This document shows, piece after piece, positions 57,101-64,000 of a stretch of DNA of 64,000 bases. Position 1 is the stretch's first letter; each line of letters starts with the position of its first letter. The notes under the pieces were generated by a model, which saw only the letters and a list, made by a program, of their open reading frames with translations, made no database searches and was not told the DNA's origin. The position numbers and the translations under genes were made by a program. Origin of the DNA: Neoechinorhynchus agilis (taxonomy: Eukaryota > Animalia > Acanthocephala); the NCBI GenBank assembly GCA_051530055.1, contig CM121342.1, forward strand, positions 11,113,480 to 11,177,479, written 5' to 3'.

Positions 57101-59401
57101 TCAAAGAGCTTGGCAAAAGTGATGGGATCTTATTCGTCTATATTCGAGAAAGTACTGCGAGGTTTGTTTTTAAAGCAAACTGAGAGCGAGTATTATGTCC
57201 TTTGAAAAGGTGTGACGTTCAATCGATTGTCGTTCGATGTCGGCGTTATGCAGAATTTCGTGCCCATTTCAACGTTTTCGATTGGACAGGTAAGAAGTTA
57301 CTTTAAAGAAGAAGCGTATACATTTTTGCAAATTATGCAAGGAGGATTTTTAATAGATTTAGTCGTAGGCAAACTATTTGACCACATTTAGAATTGCATG
57401 TATTCGGAATGGAATTTATTTATTCTAAATTTCTATTGTGCTTACTCGACGTCGTTTAAATTTCAGGTGAATTCTTTTGAAAGCCTCCAAAATTTACAAC
57501 TTTCTTTAATCGATCAACCATTATAAAAATACTCGCGTGCAATTGTACCATAAATCTTTTATTTCACTTCCTTTTAGTGCGTTTTATTTCTTGGTTCACT
57601 TATGATCTACATTTGCTGCATCTGCCCAGTAGCATTCACTTTCGTAGTGCCGGCCATTTTTGCTATGGTTTTCTTGGTATATCACCAAATAAATATTATG
57701 GCCGCAGGATACCAAATGGAATCCGACTGTAAGACCTTCCTGTTAAAAACGCAAAGCTCATTATCGGAACGCTCGTCTTGTAGCTCGGACAAACATATTA
57801 AAACACTTGGTGGCAACTCACCAAGGTCTCGTATCCATTCGTGCATCTAGAGCTCAAGATGAAATGATATCGGAGTTCGAGTACACAATTGGTATAAGCG
57901 TTATTCGATAAATGAGAATCTTTTTTGGTCTTATCATTTTAGATACCAACAATCAATTGCGGTACACGCTAATTCTGCTTGATCGAATAGCCCAGCTCAC
58001 TATTGATTTCGTCTCTCTCTTGGTCATGTTGTTGACTACAAGTGTTTTCTTGTTCTTCTACAATGGTCAGCTAATTTTAATAAAAAACGAGTAATGAGAA
58101 ATCATAAAAGGAACAATCGAGGTCGGACAATTGGCAGTCACATACACACTCATGGTAGCTGAATTCGCTCGTGAATGTATCGGTTTTGCCCAGCTCAGTG
58201 TCAATCATGTTAGTAAAAGTATTGGGTTGAGAAAAATAATGATGCTTTTTTATGGTGGAATAGTTAAAGGAATTTATTAAATAAACAAAATACCGGATTT
58301 GATAAATTCCTATATTTTTCCGCCACAAACCAGCATGAATAGTTCAATCTTCAAAAAATAATATTCTCTATTGTTAATAGTTGCTGTCAGCTGCTAGAGT
58401 TTTCGATCTTTATGATACTGTTCAAGAACCGAACTTTGGATCACCGGGTGATACGGAAAAACCTCCCTATGTTGATAACTCAATAGAATTCATCAACGTC
58501 CGTTTTATGTATCTTAAGGATCTTCCCATTGTTATAAATGGCTTAAATCTCAGGATTGAGCCCAGATCGAAGGTTGTTAAACGTTAAAGTACTTTCTTGG
58601 TATTTTAAACACCTCAGACAAATAGGTTGCTATTGTTGGACCAACTGGAGCAGGAAAGAGCACCATATTCGGTGCCATATTTAGATTGGGGATTGTAGAA
58701 GGAAAGATTATTATTGGCGGTATTGACACTGAATCAATGAATCTCCATCAACTAAGACGCAGCATTTCACTCCTTCCACAGGTATGGCAGATTTTTCACA
58801 AAACAAAACAAATTGAGCTATTTTTAGGAAGCTGTATTGATGAAGACTAGTATTCGGTTTAACTTGGACCCCTTTCAAGAAAAGACGGACACTGAGATTT
58901 GGGATGTCCTTCAGAAGGTACGTATGATTCTTTGTTAGTTTAAATAAAAGTATAAAGTTATAGGTTGATCTGGGTGATCGAATTCGGCAATTGAGCGTTC
59001 CCGATTCTCCGAACAAGCTCGATTACGTGTGCGAAAGCGAATCGGAATTCGGAATAAGTGAGCGGCAGTTATTTTGGTTGGCCAAGATACTTCTAGAAAG
59101 GAAATCAATTGTTCTGATTGATGAGGTCAGTTCAAAAGTCGACCAGGAAACGCAGTCTCAGATTCAAGAGATTATAAATACCGAGCTAGGGGATAGTACT
59201 GTTATCAGTATAATGCACAAACTCGAAGATGCAATCTACAGCGACGTAGTTATGCTCGTTAAAGACGGGGATGTGGTCGAGAATGGAAAGCCATCAGAGT
59301 TGTTAGCGAACGAAAACTCAATATTCTATCAGATGATGAGAACCGGTGGAATATATGATGAAGCTACAGAGATGGATAATGTCGAATATGTTGAGTTGTA
59401 G
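54108..59401 (+). CDS. ABCC4: ABCC-subfamily (MRP4-like) ABC transporter; many short introns
   Basis: NBD1 GPSKSGKTS, QNPWLF..TIRQNILF, LSGGQKARVSLARAIY and YLLDD; NBD2 GPTGAGKST and ERQL..LA..LL....VLIDE...VD; N-terminal NLLSRLYF block. Orthology not established. Confidence 0.8.
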
Positions 59402-61229
59402 TAAAAGAGGAAATCGATGACTGATTTATTAAATTGATGCAGTATTCGCTTCTTTATAACTTACAGTAGCGCTGAGATAACTTTTCACCTGTTGTAAACA
59501 CCATAAAAGTCTGAGCTAAGGCTACAGGTGAAATAGTCTTACCCTTTGTTGAAAGTTCAAATCATACTTTGAATTCGTTAGAAAAATCTTATTGGAATGA
59601 GTAAGTTTTAATTTTATGACCGCATAATTTATTTTGCATCGATACAACTACGCAGTTCAGTTAAAATTCTACACCACATCGTTCTTCGGAATTAAAATCT
59701 ATTCACAGAAGTTCTGTCAGGATTCGAATGCATTATTCTTCTGATACATTGCAATCTATTGATAATCATATTCTTAATAAATCCCCAGTCGCTTATTCGG
59801 TACAACGTAACCAGAGCTAGGAAATAGGAAAGGTTTCAATGGGACCCCCGTGTCAAGAGGTTCTAACAAATTATTCCCACTGGAATTAATTGCACAAAAT
59901 TTTGTGGCCCGTACATAAGGCAACGGCAATTGAACAACAAATTGCCGCATTCCTTTTAATTTTTTCACTTTCTAGATATCTTCACATTTCGTTAAAAATT
60001 CAGGTTTGTGCTTAATTTTGCGATATTAAGTGGAAACGAAAAAACGACTCTCTACATACCAAATCCAAATATATCATTAGATCTATATGAACATTTTTTC
60101 AAACCTATACCTCCACACGTACTAATCGGTATCCGAAATTCTGGAAGTTGAGAAGCTCTGATAGCAATTTACTGTGAATCAGAGTAGCACTCCATTAATT
60201 TTAACAGGTTGAACTCAAGAACCTTACAATTTAGATTTTCGAAATAGTTGATAACGATTTCCATATCTTCTTGTCTTGTGGTAGGATCTCTCGTGTTTTA
60301 AGAGTTTAATGAACATAGAATTTAAGGGTATTTATAAAAATAGGCGCATAATACTATATGATAAGCCTGTATTTTCTGCCATCCAAACTACTGTTTCCTG
60401 AGCTCTTGCGGTTACATGACCTTTACTCGACATTAGGACTTGAAATGATTTTAACCGATCCAAAAAATCAATTGTAGCGACAAAGCGAAGGCAGTATTTT
60501 CGAACTAAAAACTACACCACATAATGGATCTTTTTATTTCTTTAAATGATTAAAGCATTTATTATCATTTGCATAAATACTAAGTAGAAAATATTACCAA
60601 ATAATTTTTATGAACAATTCGTCTAGCCGTTGATATCAGAGTTTTAAAAGATTGCAAGCCATTATCAATTTAATGATCTTTCGCTCGCATTTTCAAATAT
60701 ATTAGGTAGTGCAAATATAAAAAAAATCAATAATCGATAGAGGTTAAATCAGTGAAAGTTCGATCCTTAAAGTGCTTGCATGGAACATGAGATCGTTGTC
60801 AATTTCCAGCAAATGTACAATTTACTTAAGGTAAATCATTCTTAGATCGCAAATAAATGAAAAAAGAAACTTCGCGAAAATAATTTATACAGATGTAATA
60901 GCTACATACTTCGATAAATACGGTTAGTGAAAATCATCATTTAAAACCTTCACGCGGTACTAGAAGTACAATGCTCATTTAGTCTAAATTCCGTTTCAAG
61001 AGAATACACTCCTTTTACAATAAATACGGAGCATTTACTTGCTACATTATGAATCACAAGCCCGTAACTTCGTTCTTCCAAAAGCAATCTGTAGCATTTG
61101 AGAATTTGGATTAATCATTTATACGTCGTTGTTTTCGTATAATCGCATCAATGTTCCGTGTGTATAAAACATTCTACAAATTACGATTTTTTTGTAAAAA
61201 CCTGCTAAATAAATTTAATCATCGTAAAA

Positions 61230-63062
61230 ATGTCGGAGGGGGATACCGACCAAGTCAATGTCAACTTAATTCCGGTCAGATTAGAGGAGATTCAAATTTC
61301 CCCTCGAATGTATTTATCATCCGAAAACGTCAATACATGGAAAAGCGATTTTGTCTATATTTTATCGATAGTCGGTTTTGTGGTTGATCTTGGAAACTTT
61401 TGGAGATTTCCAACGACTTGCTACAACAATGGAGGCGGTGCGTTCCTCATTCCATACTTTTTCTTCATTATCGTGATTGGAATACCGCTCGTCTGTCTTG
61501 AACTATCACTCGGACAAGTCTTCAAAACTGCCAATATACACGTTTGGGATTATGTATGCCCATGGATTAAGGGAATCGGCTTTACTGTAATATTGATTAA
61601 TCTTTGCATTCAGTCTTACTATAACACGATAATTGCATGGGCTCTCCATTTCGCGTTGGCTTCATTACAAACCGTTTTGCCGTGGTCACCTGAAATATTT
61701 TCGTCCACGAACCCAAATCAGACTTATTTCGTCAGTCGAGTTCTACATTCAGAGATGTCAGCAGGGATTCACGACATTGGAGGCATCCAGACCGATCTAC
61801 TTCCTTTACTTATATTGGTATTTGTCGCTGTTTTTGCCTCGATTTACAAAGGTGCTCACAGCATTGGAAAGGCAGTCTATGTTACTGCGTTGCTACCATA
61901 AAAAAGACTTGACATTGAAGGGTTTCTTATTTTTTAAAGTGATCTGTCCACTCGTGTTTCCTATTTAAATAATACCTAAATTGGGCAAATAGCTATAAAA
62001 TTTCTCAGAAGAAGGTGAAATCTTCATAAAGCTTATCCAATTTTACTTCCTGACTTCTCATAGCATCATTGCAAATGCCAAGTCAAATATGTCTTGCTTC
62101 TTATACTCTTTATCCGAGGTATCACAATGCCCGGTGCCGTCAGCGGACTTAAATTCCTATTCAAGCCCGATTTCAGGAAGCTCTATCATTACCAAATATG
62201 GAGCAGCGCTGCGGTACAGGTATTCTTTTCCCTCGGACCAGGATTTGGGGTATTAATAGCCTATGCAAGTTACTCGGACAACACGGAAAATCGTCAAAAC
62301 CCAAAATTGTATTCAATAATCGTATCACTTATTAATGCCGCCACCTCACTACTTTGTGCACTGGTGGTCTATTCTGGACTTGGATATCTCTCACTCAAGA
62401 AAAATGTAACAATGGACAGCTTCTCAGAGCACGGGCAGTCGCTTGTCTTCGTTGTATATCCTGAATTGATTGCTACAATTAAAGCTGCTCCTTTATTTTC
62501 CTTCGTGTTTTTCGTGATGGTTTTCCTCTTAGGATTGGACAGTGTCTACGCCGGAATTGAAGGAATGCACGCCGCTATAGCAAGCGAATACCGCATTGCT
62601 CAGGTTCATGAGTACATGTCCCGTTTCTGTCTAATCGCTCTTTGCTTTGTCCTTTCGATTCCATCTATTACAGCAGGAGGAAAATACGTAATCGATTTTA
62701 TGGATACGTACGGCGTTTCACCTTCCATCATGTTCGTAGTATTTCTTGAAGTTTGCACTGTATCTTACGTTTATGGAACTAAAAAATTTCAGAACAAAAT
62801 CGAAAGCATTCTTGGTGAGGATGCCCGTCCAGGATGCCTATTCGTTTTTGCATGGAAATACATAGTGCCTTCCATTGTAGCTTGTCTTTATTTCCTCAGT
62901 TTCGCTTATTTCGATCTGCCCGACGATATCTTCGGACCAAGGGATGTGACCGAGAGAACGAAAAAGATCGGATATGCTCTAAACTGCTGCACACTTCTAC
63001 CAATTCCGATTTATGCACTACTGAAGCTGGCCAAGATTAAGAAAAAAAACGTGAAAAAATAG
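61230..63062 (+). CDS. SLC6 neurotransmitter:sodium symporter, monoamine-transporter type, interrupted at 61899-62087
   Basis: GFVVDLGNFWRFP..CYNNGGGAFLIPY (TM1 Asp), ELSLGQ, QVFFSLGPGFGVLIAYASY, L.F.VYPE and LGLDS. Confidence 0.88.
61899..62087. other. 189-nt non-GT-AG insertion between conserved Pro and Tyr codons of the SLC6 gene
   Basis: Removing it gives VTALLP|YVLLLILFIRG. ATA is repeated at 61898-61900 and 62087-62089, and there is a subterminal inverted repeat GACTTGACATT (61906-61916) / AATGCCAAGTC (62074-62084). Confidence 0.7.
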
Positions 63063-64000
63063 GACTAAATGTTGAGAATGAATGTTCTCAGGGTGTTAGT
63101 TGATATGCAGTCGCTAAGATGTTATACGAGCGATGAGGCGAAATTTTACACGACGATAATTTAAAAATATATTTCAAATTTGAATGTGAAGCGAATGTGT
63201 AGCCTGGGAAACTTTTGTGGAATCGAATACGTCAGAAACAAGAGCAGTATGCAAATGAAAATAAGCGTATTGAAATGAAGAAGTTGGGTTAGAAAATAAT
63301 TTGGTTAACAGGTCGTCCATCGAACGCAGTTCCCTGAATCAAGGTATCTTAATTTTAAAAGGTCCCAGTTCCGATTTGGATCACGAAATCCTAAGTTTTG
63401 GTAATATGGGTTTCGACTTTAATGTTCAACGTTCAATGCAGTGCACGATCTTCTTTGAACATCAAGAAAGAACCAAATGTCAATGAGAAATATCCCGACC
63501 GGACTAGAAAGTTCAAGTTTCTGTAATACAATTTTCTTTTTCAAATGATAGCAGTTCCTCAAATCTTAACATTTTTCGAACTCATTTTATTTCATCATGA
63601 TCTCTAATGGACGCCAATATGATATTGCTGATTCGGACATAGATGAACGGCGCTCTTGGAGCTTTTAAGTCTATTTAGCACCTTCTTGTAAAGGTAAAGA
63701 TTTTACCAAATTTAGGCCAAAGCAACGCAAAAACCAGAGTTATATTTTAACGCCAGACTGATAACGGACCTATTTTATAATTTTAAGCCTGATATTTGGA
63801 CATCCAAATGTTTATTTTAATGATTGACTCTTTTCAAGGTGGTTCATAGCATCGTTGTATTCAGGAGGCGCTGTGTTGGGCGTTTCCCTGGTGGCGATTC
63901 CATTAAAAAGTGGGGGATTTATGCCTTTGTAGGTCGATTTTAGAAGTAAGTTTTTGTATGAAATCGCCTAAAACAAAAAATGTCTTTGATAATCAAAATT

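Noticed and set aside
58991-59130. Degenerate ABC signature (FGISE) in NBD2 and DD Walker B in NBD1 of the ABCC gene
   Set aside because: One degenerate ATP site is normal for the ABCC subfamily.
59770-60420. Minus-strand RIPISTCGGIGLKK faintly resembling the retroelement LP...GGLGI motif
   Set aside because: A single short motif with no supporting RT or endonuclease blocks.

Overview
This is animal (invertebrate-type) nuclear DNA from a compact genome; most host introns are short canonical GT-AG introns of about 40-70 nt. The taxon cannot be named from the sequence. The window has two compartments. (1) About 1-31 kb is a nested cluster of three retroelement classes: CRE-type RLE non-LTR elements (one near full length), APE-type LINEs and Penelope-like elements (PLE) carrying a variant hammerhead-like motif. 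It opens with a perfect spacer-less palindrome (1-4634). It also holds two intact copies of a 403-aa ORF built from two LEDGF integrase-binding-domain (IBD)-like repeats with no clear PWWP, and two inverted copies of a three-domain glutaredoxin whose duplication appears PLE-linked. (2) About 31.8-64 kb is gene dense: RBM26/27-like, a Tctex-1-like remnant, CREB/ATF1-like, TCERG1-like, TCAF/M60-like, SERINC, ABCC4-like and a monoamine-type SLC6, with scattered SINE-like and CRE/PLE fragments. The strongest leads are the double-IBD gene, the PLE hammerhead variant and glutaredoxin inversion, a LINE insertion hotspot with overlapping TSDs, and non-GT-AG interruptions in SERINC and SLC6. All family assignments rest on motif recognition from memory; no search was run.
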